A DNA stretch of 64,000 nt from Chiloscyllium plagiosum (taxonomy: Eukaryota): NCBI RefSeq assembly GCF_004010195.1, contig NC_057713.1, positions 43,734,349-43,798,348 of the forward strand. Reading direction: 5' to 3'. The notes under the pieces were generated by a model. It was given only the letters and a program-made list of their open reading frames with translations, had not been told where the DNA came from and ran no database searches. This document shows, in pieces, positions 37,053 through 50,960 of this stretch (position 1 is its first letter; every line of letters starts with the position of its first letter). The position numbers were made by a program, and so were the translations under genes.

Positions 37053-38581
37053 TGTTACAATGCTGGGTTGGAACCCCAAAAACTGCAGTGAGCTTTGCCC
37101 TTAGTTCCAAAATGTGTCTTTTGAAAAGAGGAGTGTATTAGACACAAAATTACTGTAGGTGTAAATTCAGTGGCTAACCACTCAGCCAATTCTAGATTCA
37201 ATTAGCCAAATTTCCTTGGATGTCATGGACTCACTATCAGTTTCCCAAGTGGGACTTTATCAAAAGCCTTGTTGAAGTCATAATCATATAGTTATACAGC
37301 ATGGAAACAGACCCTTTGGTCCAACCAGTCCACGCTGAACATAATCTCAAAGTAAACTAGTCCCACTTGCCTCCTCCTGGCCCATATTCTTCCAAACCTT
37401 TCCTTACTAATGCAAAAGTCTTTTAGAAGTTGTAATTGTACCCACATCCACCACTTCCTCAGGAAGTTCATTCCACATGTGAGCCACTCTCTGTGTAAAA
37501 CATTTGCCTCTCATGTCTTTTTTAAATCTCTCTCCTCTCTATGTCAAATATATTGCCCTCATTTACACACCTAGTCACCTCTTCGAGAAATTCAATCAAG
37601 TTGGTCACACAAGATCACTCTTACCAAAACAATGCCGTTTTTGATAAATCCTGCTATTTTCTCTTTGCCTCACTCAATGTGTCAAGAAAACTTCAATTAG
37701 AAGTGAGTGACTTGAGAGACCTAAGGTCTAACAATCCCCTACTCAGCAGCAAAACCACCCTTTGTGGATTTTGACTTAAATTTCAGACATAGTTTCTGGT
37801 TTCTCTCTAAAGAATACATAAGGATAGGGGTTAAAAAGTCAGTTTAAACTTGACTGGAGTGTGCTGTTACGATTAAATGTTCTCCTGGGTACCATTTGGA
37901 TTTGAGTGTTAGTGAGCTATGAAGGCCAAATTTAAAGAACTATCTCCTATTCACTGCATGTTGCAGGAATCGAAGACCTCTCTCACTTTAAGTGCTGCAA
38001 ATCAGAAAAAAAGAAACAAAGCAACAAGAGGACGCTCAGCCTGAATGCTGATATTCAATTACATATTAAGAGAATAAGAACTACAGAATCTCACCAAACT
38101 GCAAAATAAAGGTAATGAAACTGACTGTTTAACTACAGATGTCAAAGCTATTGGTGGCCTCCACTGCAATGGCCACAGCATTCAATTATCAGCTCTTCAC
38201 AAACAACTCAGACAGAGTTCCGTGTAAACTTCTATTTACTTTTACCATTTTGATCCACCTCTTATTTTTAATCTCCATGTATGTGTGTTACATTAATAGT
38301 TATTCTTGTATATGGTAATTAATTAGTGTAACTCACTTGTTTTATTCATTCAAGCAAGACTATCTACATTAGCTCATTTTTAAGTTTCATTTGGTCTGAG
38401 AGAAAGGCATACACAAGGGAAGGGATCCAGTTTTAAATTAACCTTGTTCCAACAACCAAGGGGGTTAATGACCAAGAAGCAGTGCCAGTTCATCCCTATT
38501 CACCCAAGAGCTTAATAGTTTGTGATGTCCTATCTAGAGCTGTAATGAATTGGGGAATCTCGCCCTGAGATAATCATAACA
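37053..38581. mobile_element. Probable solo LTR with CR1 fragments nested at ~37210-37690
   Basis: Ends tgtta...taaca; flanks atat / ttat (3 of 4 match); no coding potential. Confidence 0.45.
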
Positions 38582-38586
38582 TTATA

Positions 38587-40713
38587 CAGAGGAACCTCAA
38601 TTACCTGAACATCAATTATCCGAAAATTGGATTATCTGAATAAGATCTGAAGGTCCCATAAAACTGTTACAGCAAAGAGGTATTACCGACAATGGTACAA
38701 CAATTGCATCTTTTGTTTAAATGAGTAGTGAATTCGGATGACCTGCACATCAAAGAGGTGTTAATGACACTGGTGCAACAATCTCAGTCGGTCAATTGTA
38801 GCATAATTTTAACACATTAAAATGACTGACATGCTGAAGGATTCAAATGCATGACAAAATCAGTGCTGTCTTCATTCCCTCTACGACTTTGCTCTGAGTG
38901 CATATCTGTTATAAGTGATTGAGTTTGTTGCACTGACCATGTCTGTGAAGATAAAGCAGACAGCAGTGACAATTGAAGAGAAATGCGAGATTTTACACCG
39001 TCTGGATTGTGGTGAAAAGGCATCAAAGATTGCACAGGAGTACAGCATCAGGACATCAGGAAAGCAAGACTGGCGATTGAGAAATTTATCAGCCAAAGCG
39101 ACAGTTCTAATGCTTTAAAAAGAAAATCCATGAAGCCAGCGAAAAATGACCAACTCGATCAAAATGTATTTTTGTGGTTTTCACAGCAGCGTGAAAAGGG
39201 GATTCCCGTATCTGGCCCGATGATACTAGAAAAAGCTGCCAGTTTCCATAAGCGGTCACAGCGTATCATTGAGCTGGTTACAGCGTTTCAAACATTGTCA
39301 TGGCATTAGGCAACTCAGAATTCTTGGACAGCAGAAGTCAGTGGTTGACAGCACCGTGGAAGCCTACAGACAGAAACTACAATCCATCATCCGTGAAGGA
39401 AATTACGAACATGAGCAATTTACAATGCTGATGAAAGTAGGTTGTCTTGGCGTCACTGCCAGACAAAACACTTGCATCCAGCGCAGAAAAACTGGTGTCA
39501 GGACATAAAGTGCAGAAGGATTGCATTACAATTTTCCCTTGTGTCAATGCCACCGGCACTTATAAATTACTGCTTGTCTGCATCAGGCGTTATTCTAATT
39601 CACGTTGCTTCAAGAACTGTGACAAGAAGTCATTTCCCGTGAAGTACAAATCACAAAACATATCCAATTTTTTCATCCTGGTTTCAAGAAGAATTTGTAC
39701 CTGCCATTACTTAGCAAGCGCTGGGTTCCAGCAACATGTCCTTCTGTTGACAATGCGAGTTCATACACTGTGAAAGGCAGCCAATTAGAATCACCAGACG
39801 AAGCTGTCAAGTGTTTGTTTTTACCACCAAACACCACTTCAAAGTTACAGCCGCTCGATCAGAGAATCATCGCAATAATAAAAACAATTATCACCATAAC
39901 ATGTTATGTGCCGTCCTTGGAGAAGACAATGCAGACAAAGGAGTGCAGGAAATTATGAAGGCATTCACAGTCAAGGAAACATTGTTTATGATTGCTGAAT
40001 CTTGGGACTCCATCAAGCCATCGACAGTTGCGGAGTGTTGGTACAATGGCTTGCGTGTTGGTAGCCGTGACAGTGAAGAGGACACCCATCCAGATCAAAG
40101 GCAAACCACTGACATCACCAAGAACTGCAGACAGCTGGGATTATGAGTCTTCGTAGGGGTTGAGATCAATGCTTGGGTTAACTGTGACAATGACATTGGC
40201 ACAGAGACACTCAGCAGTGATCAGATTATCAATGTAGTTACTGAAGAACAACGAGAAAGTATGGACGCAGTGGATGGTAAGGAAAATCAGAAACTGATAT
40301 CGTCAGCAGTGCCCATTAACGAAGCTATTGACAGTTTGCAACTTTTCACAGAGTGGTATGAAGCATAAGACAAAGTCGATGCCGTTAAGTTGATGCATCT
40401 TCGTCAAATGCTATTGTTCGCAAAAAAAGAGACAGCAGCACCTCAAGCAACAGCGGCTGGATATTTTCTTCGAAAAGTAATAACCGACCTCCACCTCAAC
40501 GAATTTTATTTACACAAAAAGTGCTTTGATTTGTGAAATAACATGAATTTTTAAGCGATATCCAGTGTTTGTACAAATTTTAGCGATTGAATGAAATAAA
40601 AACTCAGTAAACATGCTTTTTAACGCAATTATGCTCAGTATGGCTTCCTTTTATTATTGGAATAATCAATTATCCGAACAAAACACTGCCTGCCCATCGC
40701 CTTCGGATAATCG
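38587..40713 (+). mobile_element. Tigger/pogo DNA transposon, nearly full length
   Basis: TA then cagaggaacctcaattacctgaa on the left; ttcggataatcg then TA on the right; subterminal attatccgaa repeats at both ends; contains a transposase remnant. Confidence 0.9.
38939..40480 (+). pseudogene. Frameshifted Tigger/TIGD-like (CENP-B-type) DDE transposase
   Basis: MSVKIKQTAVTIEEKCEIL (HTH), WFSQQREKGIPVSGPMILEKA, SWLQRFKHCHGI, YNADE, VDNASS, FLPPNTTSKLQPLDQ, ending KQQRLDIFFEK*; several frameshifts and stops. Confidence 0.9.
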
Positions 40714-40886
40714 TATATTGGAAAGAAATATTTCTTGAATTTTGAGGCTTGAATTTACATGAACCACCTGCCTTGTGCCTTTCTTCACATAATGGGCTCT
40801 ATTTTTGTGCTAGCAAATTAGATTTTAATGACAATGACTCAAATATGCTCTTGACAACCTAAAGGAAGAATGTGTGGGGCTATGGT

Positions 40887-41230
40887 AGCCATGATGTGGA
40901 AGAGCCGGTATTGGACTGGGCTGGACAAAGTTAAAAATCACACCACACCAGATTATAGTCCAACTGGTTTATTTGGAGCACTGGTCATTCAGCAGGTAGC
41001 TGTGGAACAGGATCATAAGACAGAATTTATAGCAAAATATTACAGTGTCATGCAAGTGAAATGATATATTGAACAAACTTTCAGTTGCATGACACTGTAA
41101 TCTTTGGCTATAAATTCTGTGTCTTATGATCCTGTTCCACAGCTATCTGATGAAACAGCAGCGCTCTGAAAGCTAGTGGTTCCAAATAAACCTGTTGGAT
41201 TGTAACCTGGTGTTGTGTGATTTTTAACCT
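40887..41230. mobile_element. Long-armed inverted PLE pLTR pair (family B)
   Basis: ~150-bp inverted arms around a ~16-nt spacer (~41062-41078); imperfect TSD ggg(g/t)ctatggt at 40876-40886 and 41231-41241. Confidence 0.85.
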
Positions 41231-44229
41231 GGGTCTATGGTGACAGGCTTTATAGAACCAACAAACCAAGTAGTCAGATATGCAGAATAATTACAGCACA
41301 AATTCAGCTTATGGTGTCTGTGCTGTCCCTCCAAAGGAACTAAGTGCCACTCCAACCCATGTCATCATGGCCCCACACATTCTTCCTTTTTAGATAATAA
41401 TTTAATTCCCTCCTGCATCCACCATTCTTTCAGGAAGTTCATTCCACATCCTATCCACTCATTGCATGAAAACATTCACATGTTGCAATTGTTCCTTTCA
41501 CTAAGGACCTTAAACCTGTGGTCTCTCATTTTCAATCATTCCACCAGTGGGAGTGGAACCAGTTTTTCCCTATTTACTCTGTCCAGACCACTCTTGATGT
41601 TGAATGAGTCTATCAGGTCTCCTCTCAACACTCCCTTCTCCAAAAAATAACAGTGCCAATTTCTCCAATCTATCTACATGACTGAAGCCTAAAACAAAAT
41701 ACTGCAGATCCTGGAAATCACATTACCACTTTTAGATCAATGATCTTTCTGAAGAATTGATACTGACATACAGTTCTGGTGCAAGGTCACCAATTGGAAA
41801 CAGGAATTCATTTTCTGCCACAGATGTTTCCTAATTTCCAGTATTTTGGTTTTAAATGAAAGTATCTGTTGAACAGATTTGTGCACCATTGTCCTTTTTC
41901 TCAGTGGCAACTTAAGATGAAAATTTGAAAGCAAATTGAACAGATGAAAAGTATCTAATTTAACAACTGCAATACAAAAAAAAGGTACAATTAAAGCAGA
42001 ATGACAACATTGCAACTGTCGACTAACACACACAACTTATTTTAAAATTTGGCAGCTCATTAATAACTTTAAGTGGAACAAAATAAGAAACAGAAGCACT
42101 AAGGGTGAATCAATACATTAGGCAGGAAAATCATTTTGAATTCATGGTACATCTGTGAAAGGCAATAATAAAATAACAGATGTTGCAGCAAATTTCACTG
42201 CCAGCTGCCCACAATTCCTAACATATACTCTTGCCAGCTCACCAGTTGTAAAGGAATTTTGCATTTAGGATGTCAGAAATGAGACCAGCTGATATAATGT
42301 TCTTTCGCTCTGTGGGGCAATAATATTATGGCATGTCTGCATTTACTCAAAACACGTGCACTCAATTTAAAACAGCTGATAACACAAATATTATTGCCAG
42401 CTATTCGGCTACGTACAAATCCACGTTTCATTTATTCAAGATCTGCTTTTGTTGGCTGAATTCAAATCTATAATAGAAGAGCTGTAAGGCCTTTGGCTTT
42501 ATTACAAGTTCCTACATTCAAAATGCTGCAATTTGTATCCAGTTTAGGCAAACATCAAAGGAGGATAGCCATAAGACAGACACCTGTATTGACTCATGCT
42601 GATATCTGTATGTACAAACAAAATAGTGAGACATGATGAGTAACCATTTTATAAAGACATGAGGCCTTAGAAAAATCAAAGATATTACATGTATTTGAAT
42701 GCTGTGAAGCATCAAATATGCAACTTCTGTACATACATTTTGCGTGGTAATGCAGCTCTCATCATATTGCTTAGCACTATATTTTGCATGCTTCTGCTGC
42801 TTGCCGTGCAAGCATTTCTGTATTTTAGTTTTGCCAGGTGTACAGGAAGGAAGGGTTTCTGGACCTGAAATATTAACTCTGATTTTTCTTCACAGATGCT
42901 ACCAGACCTGCTGAGCTTTCAAGCAATTTCTGTTTTTGTTTCATATTTCCAGCATCTGCAGTTATTTCGGTTTTCATTTCTAGGAGTGTCTGGTGCTGCT
43001 CTTGGCATGTCCACCTGCATTCCTCACCAAACTAAAATCAATCTCCTGGTTTAATTATATTAGTAGAGTGAGAGATAACCTAGTTGTGAGGTTACAGATT
43101 GTGGTTGAATATAATGCCGTGTTGGTGGACTATAGTGCCTCATTGATATCCAGTTTTGAATTCAAAATCTGTCTGAAAATCAGAATCTGCCTGATTTAGC
43201 AAGCTGATAATATCACACAACATGATGGAGGGCATCCTCAATATGAAGCTGGGGCTTCTTCTTCACAAATACTTTGTGGTCCTTACTCTCACTGATAAAG
43301 TCAAGGACAGACACATCTGATGGACAGATTAATATGGAAAGCATACTTGGCATTTCCTTAAGACCAACAGGATATATGAGCAGATTCAAGCCATTCAGCC
43401 CATCCAGTTTGCTCTGCCATTCGATCACGATCCTTATGTGCCTTAACCTTATCCTCCTACTTTCTCCCTGTAATGCTTTATCTTCTTACTAAGCAACAAG
43501 CTATCTGTCTCTGTCTTAAATACTTGTTGTTCCTTCACCACCTGCCCCAGACCCAGAAGATGAGGAACGTCCTTTCTAACATAGCCTGCTCAATCAGTAG
43601 TCGTACTAGTGAGCTACTCTTGACACTGACATGCCCCACATGGAGTACATTCCTCACTCAGTGCTTCCTGAAAGTGGTGTCTGACATTGAGGATTGCTGA
43701 GGGGGAGCAAGAGGTTATAGCCAATAAAATGTTTACTTATCCACAGCATCTGGAGTTGTGCACTTCCTGGGCAACTGTACGCCACTGTATCACCAACACT
43801 GGTGGGACTGTCCAACAGGTAGCATGGTCATTGAATGGTCAACAAGGCTGTGTTTGCTGTTGCCATTCAATCCATTCAGTTTTATTCCATTGTTTAGGAT
43901 TCACTGTGGCTGTGTGGCTGGTTATACTGTCGCAGAGGGCAGTTAAGAGTCAACCATATTGCTGTGACTCTTCAGTCACATATATGTCTGGCCAAGTAAG
44001 GCTGGCAGAATTCCTTCAGGGGAATTAGTGAACTCGATAAGTTTTATGATAATCATCTGTGGTCTTATTTTTGTCATTAGACGGGCATTTAATGGAGGAT
44101 TGATTAAACTCATATCTCACCATTTGCTATGGTGGGATTTGAACCACAACATTAGTCTGTGGTTCTGGATTAATACTCCAGTGACATTACCACTATGCCC
44201 ATCGCCTCCCTCAATGGGTTGAGATGGTG

Positions 44230-45130
44230 TGAGTGGGGGGAGGGCACATTGGCATGGATAAAACTAAATTGTCTAACTAATAGGAGATAGAGGCAAAATA
44301 GGCATTTTTCTTCTGGTTTACAAGATGTAATGAGTGGTCTGCCACCAAGATTAGTGTTGGGCTCACCTTTCAACAATACATATAAATGATTTGGATGAAT
44401 GAACAAAGGTATGGCTACTAACTTTTCTGAAGAAACAAAGATAGGTTGAAAAGTAAATTGTGAAGGAGACCAGAAAGTGATAGAGGTTGGTTAAGTGAGT
44501 GAGTAAAATTTGGAAAATGGAGCATAATATGTGAAATTGTGAAATTGTCCACTTTAGGTGGATGAATAAAAGTGCTTTCTACTTAAATGGTAAGAGATTG
44601 CAGAGCTCTGAGATGAACAGGGTCCTGGATTTATGATTCAGTTATACATGACATTGAAAAGACAACATCTGAAATACTGTGTGTGTTATGTTGGCCTTCT
44701 TATTTAAAGAAGGATGTAACTACACTGGAAGCAGTTCAAAGATGGCATACTATACCAATACCTGGAATGGGCAGGTTGTCTTATTTAGAAAGGTTGGACA
44801 ATCTGGGCTTAAATCTGCAGGAGTTTAGAAGAGTAAGAGGCAACTAGAGAGCTCTTGACAGGGTAAATGTGGAGAGAATGCTTCCTCTTGTGACAGAATC
44901 TAGAACTGGGGTCATTGTCTAAAAGTCAAACATTGCTCATTTAAGAAAAAGATGTGACTTTTTTTTCTCTCATAAGGTCATAAGTCTGTAGAACTTTCTT
45001 CCAAACGTTTGGTGGAAACAGATTTGTTAAATATTTTTCACACGGGGCAGATAAATTCTTGGTAAGCAAAGGGGCAAAAGATTATCAGTGGAAAGTGGGG
45101 AATGTGGAATTGAATTTACAACTGATCAGG
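44230..45130 (+). mobile_element. Degraded CR1-clade LINE 3' fragment
   Basis: Degenerate SGLPPRLVLG, IYINDLDE, CEIVHF and PSYLKKD motifs. Confidence 0.75.
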
Positions 45131-46251
45131 CATCAGGCCCTCGTAACCAGGTGAGATTGGCATCAAAAAGAATAAATAAAATATTAAATCAATTACTGCA
45201 ATATTTTAATGACTTTGATCTCCTGTAATAAACATAATTCTAAAATGCATTTTTGGTAAGTAAGCAGTAGCTAGCTCATATATGACCAGCAAAGAAACAA
45301 AATTCCATTTCAATATTGGGCAAAATTTTGTATTTTGGGCTGCAATTTGTCAGGAACAGGTTTCTGACATCACTTTTGCCTTGATTGGCCAAATGGTGAC
45401 CAGGGGTCCACTCACCACCTAAATCAGTATGGCAGTTGAACTCTCAAAGCTGGAAGGTCAATAGAAGGCCCTCCAGCACACAGGGGGTTGCAGGTTGAGG
45501 CATTGTCCCAGCAGTTGAAACATATGTGAACTATAGAAGTGGCCATTTGTGCCAGACCACAATTGTACCTGCTACAATGTCAACCACTACCAGTTTTTGG
45601 TTGGGGTAGATGGCTGCCACTATCATCTTTCTTTAATGGGTCTATCATTGATAGAAGAAAACTACAAATGAGACTTAATGAAATTAGGCTCTCTCATAAC
45701 CAAGATGTAGTTTATTGCATAATCGCAATCAAGAACAAGGTACATTACAAAGTTAGATATTTATACTAAGACTATTGGGAGATGTGTGGATGTAGTTTAT
45801 GTAGTTTATTTATCCTACAAGATCCTTAGATATTCTGCCTTTCTCCACCAAGTCTTCATGACATCTTCTGATTGGGTAAAGTCTCCAACATTTATCCTTT
45901 CAGAACTGTTACTTTATACAACTTCGCCCTTTATCCATTTCTGTATATAATTACATTTACTATTATCCTATCTTCCCCAAGTCTGACTTGACAAATTCAG
46001 GCAATCTGGAAGTTTCACAATTCTTCCAGAACATAATCTCTTTGGATTAAGAAAATTCTGTGGCTTGATTGTTGACCTTGACTCTGTTCTTGACTTAGTC
46101 TATGAAGTCATGTTACACAAATTTTCTTTTGTAGGTCCTTCACTGAGGATGCCATTCCTGCTAAACCACATAGTCCATTACCTTCTTTAGATATTTCTTA
46201 AAATCCTGAATTTATTTTGCATAGGAATTCTTCATTACTGAATCAGGTAGC

Positions 46252-46323
46252 TAGGAGAAAGTGAGGACTGTAGATACTGGAAATCAGCATTGTGAGTGTG
46301 GTGCTGGAAAAGCACCACACTCT
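46252..46323. mobile_element. Minimal fold-back PLE pLTR derivative (family A)
   Basis: Minus-strand tail, then gagtgtggtgc-tggaaaa-gcaccacactc (11-bp stem, 7-nt loop). Confidence 0.7.
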
Positions 46324-46329
46324 TAGATC

Positions 46330-47090
46330 TTCAAAAGGTGCAAGGAGTAAAGACCATGAAACAAAATTTTTAAAAATTATAAAAAATATTAATTGGGCCA
46401 GAGGTGAAGTATTGCATATAGTTCTGATACCCTACAGCAGGAAAAATATTACAGCCAATGGAAAGTTAGGATGAAGATTTATCTGGAATAATATCAGAAA
46501 AAAATGTTAAAGCTCTGAAGAAAGACTCAAAAAATTGAGCTTTTCTCCATTAGAAGCCAGATTAAGAGGATATTTAAAAGATGCACTTAAGATTCTCAAA
46601 TGTTTTGAGAAGGTAAGTATTGAAGCATTGTTTTTATTAGTTGAGGAACTAGCAACTCGGGGCATACAAGTGAGATAAAATTAGAAATATAAACATTATC
46701 TCAGGATGATCACCAGGAAAGAGGGGGCATTGTTTTCGCATAAAATTAGAACATAAAATGTTTCATCACAATTTACTATTGAGGCAAAAAATTGTAACTT
46801 AATAAGAATTTGGATAAGCATTTGTAAAGAGAAAATATAAAAGGATAGGATTGAAAGTGAGGAAATAGGGTTAGGATTTAGAACGCCAGTTGAAGAATTA
46901 TTAAAGCTATTACAACTTAATCAATTAAAAAGTTTTAATCATAATTAGGTGGATTTTTATTTGGTAAAGATAGTAAAGCTTACAGAACTAATACATGGAA
47001 AATGGAATTAAGATATAGATCAACCAGGACCTAATTGAAAGGCGGTCAGGTTCAGTGGTTTGAATGTTGACCTCTTGCTCCTATGCTTCA
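46330..47090 (+). mobile_element. Highly degraded CR1-clade LINE 3' fragments
   Basis: Degenerate LFSIR..RLRG.L motif and 3' UTR agatcaacca...cctcttgctcctatg. Confidence 0.55.
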
Positions 47091-48534
47091 GTACATTATA
47101 AGCACAACAGATCAAATGAATACCATACGTGCCAATGTTCTAGCATTGGGTCTCGGAAGCAGCAGAAGCAAAAGTTAGCAGATGGATTTTGGGCCATCTC
47201 CCATCAGTATTTGCATGCAGCAAAGCAAGAGTAGAGCATACTACTTCCCTTTCCTTTGCGGTCCAATCAATTTTAGGTGGAGTAATAGAAGAAAATTCAT
47301 CTCTTAAAATCTTCTGTTCAATTTTATTTGTGCTTATTTTTTATACTTAAAATGATCTGACGAAGGAGAAGTCCATTGTAATATAAATTGGACATAATCT
47401 ATTAGGATGAGGTTCACTATAACAAATGACCATTTCTAATTTGCTGACAGACATTTTTCTTACTTTGTGCTAGGAATGTAATCATGCCTCTGATAAATTA
47501 ATTGTTACTTTTCTATAACTAATGAAATCCTGTCAATAATTTGCACCAAGGTGAATAAATCACTGAAACTGAACATAAGTTCTGTAGTCATTTTCAGATT
47601 CCATTTTATTTAACACATTCAGTGGTACACATTTACAATTCATCTATAAACGTTTCAACAGAATTATTTCAGAAATCTTAATGTTGATGGTCTTAGTCAT
47701 TAAAGAATAAGCACTCACTAAAGAAAGGCAATGATTATATAAATCTGAAAATAGTTAAGGCTATTGTCAACTATACTGCTGCTTTTGTATCAGTGAATGG
47801 TGACTTTTGGTTCATGGTAATACAAAGCTGGTTTTGTACTCAGATGCCAGGTCCTAAAAAGGTTCCCAGGGAGACGACTGCAAAACAATGTAAAACCCTT
47901 GCCAAGAAACAATTTCACATTGCTTCAGCTTTACAGCCTAGAACTAAAAAATGTTCTGCTTAATCCATTAGTTCTTTTCAGCCCTTTTTATGCAGTTTTG
48001 AGCCATTTAAGATGATGAGAGAGCAGTTTCTTTCATGATGGCTTAATCAGAAAAGCAGCCAATGAAGAATCAGTCCTTCCTTTCGCTCTAATACCCTGTC
48101 TCTAGCCTGTATTCCATGGCATAAACCTGAGCTCTAACCCTAATTCTAACCACCTTCTTTGGCCTCAATGGAAGTTTCTTACCTTCTATGAGTAAAATGA
48201 TGATTTCCTGCTTTCTCACAGAGAAAACAAATGATTTCCTGCTTTTCGCATCCCGGTTAACAATGCCTGTCCATTTCCATGGCTTTCTCAAATAAAGACT
48301 GGTGTATGCAGCCTTAAGTAAGTTATTCCAACCTGAACTGCAGTTTAAGTTATGGATCTGCCATCATCCTCTTTCCTTGACTGTGACCATGGGCATATTG
48401 TACTTGATTTATAGTAGTAGAAGAAAATCAGCAGTAAGTCATAAGAAGACGATGTTGTTCTCTTTAATAAGCTTTCAATTCAATTCTTTTATGCATATCT
48501 GAGAGGGCATAAAACATGACCTCACTTGTAAAGG

Positions 48535-48661
48535 TGAAATATTCATTCAGTACTGTACTTAACAATAAGGCTCAAGTTTTATGCTCAAGTCCTGGAGTAG
48601 GGTTGAATCCACAAACCTCTGACCCAAGAACGAGTATTAGTAATTGGTCCATAACTGACAC
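48535..48661 (-). mobile_element. SacSINE1/DeuSINE-like ancient SINE fragment
   Basis: Reverse strand gtcagaggtttgtggattcaaccctactccaggacttgagcataaaa...cagtactga resembles the recalled SacSINE1 head; a possible related piece lies at ~32490-32800. Confidence 0.55.
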
Positions 48662-49724
48662 AACATGCTTGAATATTTATTAACATCCTTTGGTACATTG
48701 CTTTACATAACAGGTAACAAAAGAAGTCTTGTGGCACCCTGTTTCTGAGCCAGAGGCTCTAGTTGAAGTCCCACTCCATCACTTGATGGCCAAGGAAGTT
48801 GCTTTTAGAACTTAGCCAAATTGACTGAGCATCAACTGGCAACATTGGCAGCCAGTAGGAGTGGGAGAAATTCTTGGTCAGCCATGCAATGGAAAGAAAT
48901 TAAAGATTCTACCATTACTAGCCATAGCTCCAGGCTACAACATACATGTGAAAGTATATATTGCCAGAGCAACTTGGCTTCCTTGGAGGGGTGGAGTTTG
49001 CTCAGTTAGTTGGGCAGCTGCAGTGGATCAAATTGTTCCCAACAGCATGGGATTGATTCTGGTTCTGGCTGGAATGGATTTGGAATCTGTCTCCTTGCAC
49101 TACTTTGTGGCACTTTTTAAAAGTGTTAATTGGACCTAACTTGTGCAGATATTTGAATACGAACACACACCAGTCTCAATTACTCTGCATATCTCAAAAA
49201 TTTTCATTTCTTATAACACTAATATTTAAAAAAATGCAATTTCATTTTCAATCAATAATTGATGCAACTACTTGACTATTATTATACTCAATAAAAGTTT
49301 GATTTTGTAAAATATTTAAGTGGCATATCTATAACTTCTGAGTCGTAGTCAATGACGTAGTATACCTATTCTGTTCTATCCACTAGCCACCCAAAATCAT
49401 ATAGTTGTGAAGTTAAATTTACCACTGAATGACCAGCTGTAATCGGGATGATATGAAATCATGTGAAATACTGACCACTCAACATTATTCTTTAGTTAAG
49501 CTGCATCAACATTTGGAGTCATACAACAGCAATGCTGGTTAAATGCAGTTTATATTTACATCACATTTGAAATGAAAAATGATGACATGGTAAATCACAC
49601 TTACAAATACATACATTCTGTGCAACACAATGCTCAGCCTCCTTTCAAGAACATATTTTGAAATTACAAGTTGAAAATGTCCACAATAATTTGAGGCTCT
49701 GAACCATGGTCATGACAGGGTCAG

Positions 49725-49812
49725 AGTCGAGAGTGTGGTGCTGGAAAAGCACAGCAGGTCAGGCAGCATCCGAGGAGCAGGAGAATCGATATTTTGGGCA
49801 TAAGTTCTTCAT
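49725..49812 (-). mobile_element. PLE pLTR fragment without tail, 9-bp TSD
   Basis: TSD cagggtcag at 49716-49724 and 49813-49821, partly overlapping element-homologous bases. Confidence 0.8.
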
Positions 49813-50412
49813 CAGGGTCAGGGGTCTGAACTCAAAGGATAACAAAAAGGGACATTTCTCATGACCCAATCAATTTCCCGTCATTGAAATTACAGCAGCC
49901 GTGCAATATATGGGACATATTTACATCAGATCACAGTTTAAACGAGAGGGGATTAGAAATAATAGGTCAGCATTCAGAGTTTATGAGAGAGATTAATATA
50001 CTGATATCTGGAACTTTCTGTAGTTCCCACAGTTATGCCTCTAAGAGGTCTAGGCAGCTTGGTCTGCTGTGGTGTTTCTTATTTTCTAGAGAAAGAGATA
50101 TCTTTATTTTTACTGACAGCTTCTTGGAGATGTGTTCCTTCAACAAAGTGTGTGCTGAAGCAGCAACTTTACTTCTGAGGGTGTTGCTAGGCAAGCTTCA
50201 GGACAATTGTTGACCTTAAATCCATCATTTCTCTCTATCAAAAGATTTACTTTGCTTTCTTTGCACAAAGTAAATTGACTTTTTATGAACAGTAGCCAAA
50301 CCACAGCACATCTCCAATTTTGACTGTTTAGTAAGTATGGGTAATCACCACTTCTAGAAGTCACTTGTCCCATCAAAACACTTTCAGTTCCCAAAACAGT
50401 TCCATATCACAG

Positions 50413-50545
50413 GCATTCCTGATGAAGCGCTTATGCTCGAAACGTCAACTCTCCTGCTCCTTGGATGCTGCCTGACCGGCTGTGCTTCTCCAGTACCACA
50501 TCTTTTGACTCTGATCTCCAACGTTTGCAGTCCTGACTTTCTCCT
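50413..50545 (+). mobile_element. PLE pLTR fragment with hammerhead core and tail, 15-bp TSD
   Basis: ctgatgaagcgcttatgctcgaaacgtc at 50419-50446; TSD agttccatat(c/t)acag at 50398-50412 and 50546-50560. Confidence 0.85.
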
Positions 50546-50938
50546 AGTTCCATATTACAGTTCTTTATAGTCCTTAAATATAAATTTCTAACAAAAGGCA
50601 ACAAGTAAGTTTTTCCTTCTGCTATTAAATTACATTGGATATGCATATGCCGTGTTAAAACTAGGAACTTTGTAAAAGCATTCACTAGTTAAAGAAAATT
50701 AACTTCAATCCTATCAACCATCTTAAAAATAGATATTTAAAATCAGAATGTTAGGTATTCCACCTCACTGCGATAGCACAGTGGAAATCACGTTCCACTA
50801 TTCCCAGTGTCATCATAAAGTTAAAGATTTTATACAAGTATGCAAAATCCCTTAATCCATGTGTCTTTTAGTCCAAGTTGACATAAGGTATGGACCAAGT
50901 TTCTGTATTTAAGTATGATTATTGTTTATTACAAATAA

Positions 50939-50960
50939 ACACACACACACACACACACAC
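50939..50960. repeat. (AC)n microsatellite
   Basis: About 11 AC units. Confidence 0.95.

Noticed and set aside
38939-40480. Domesticated TIGD/Jerky-like host gene
   Set aside because: Multiple frameshifts and stops, and it is still bounded by TIRs.
47780-47940. Possible upstream LRRC69 exon (ttctag acceptor on the minus strand)
   Set aside because: Translation shows no LRR or EGNPL-like motif and hits a stop.
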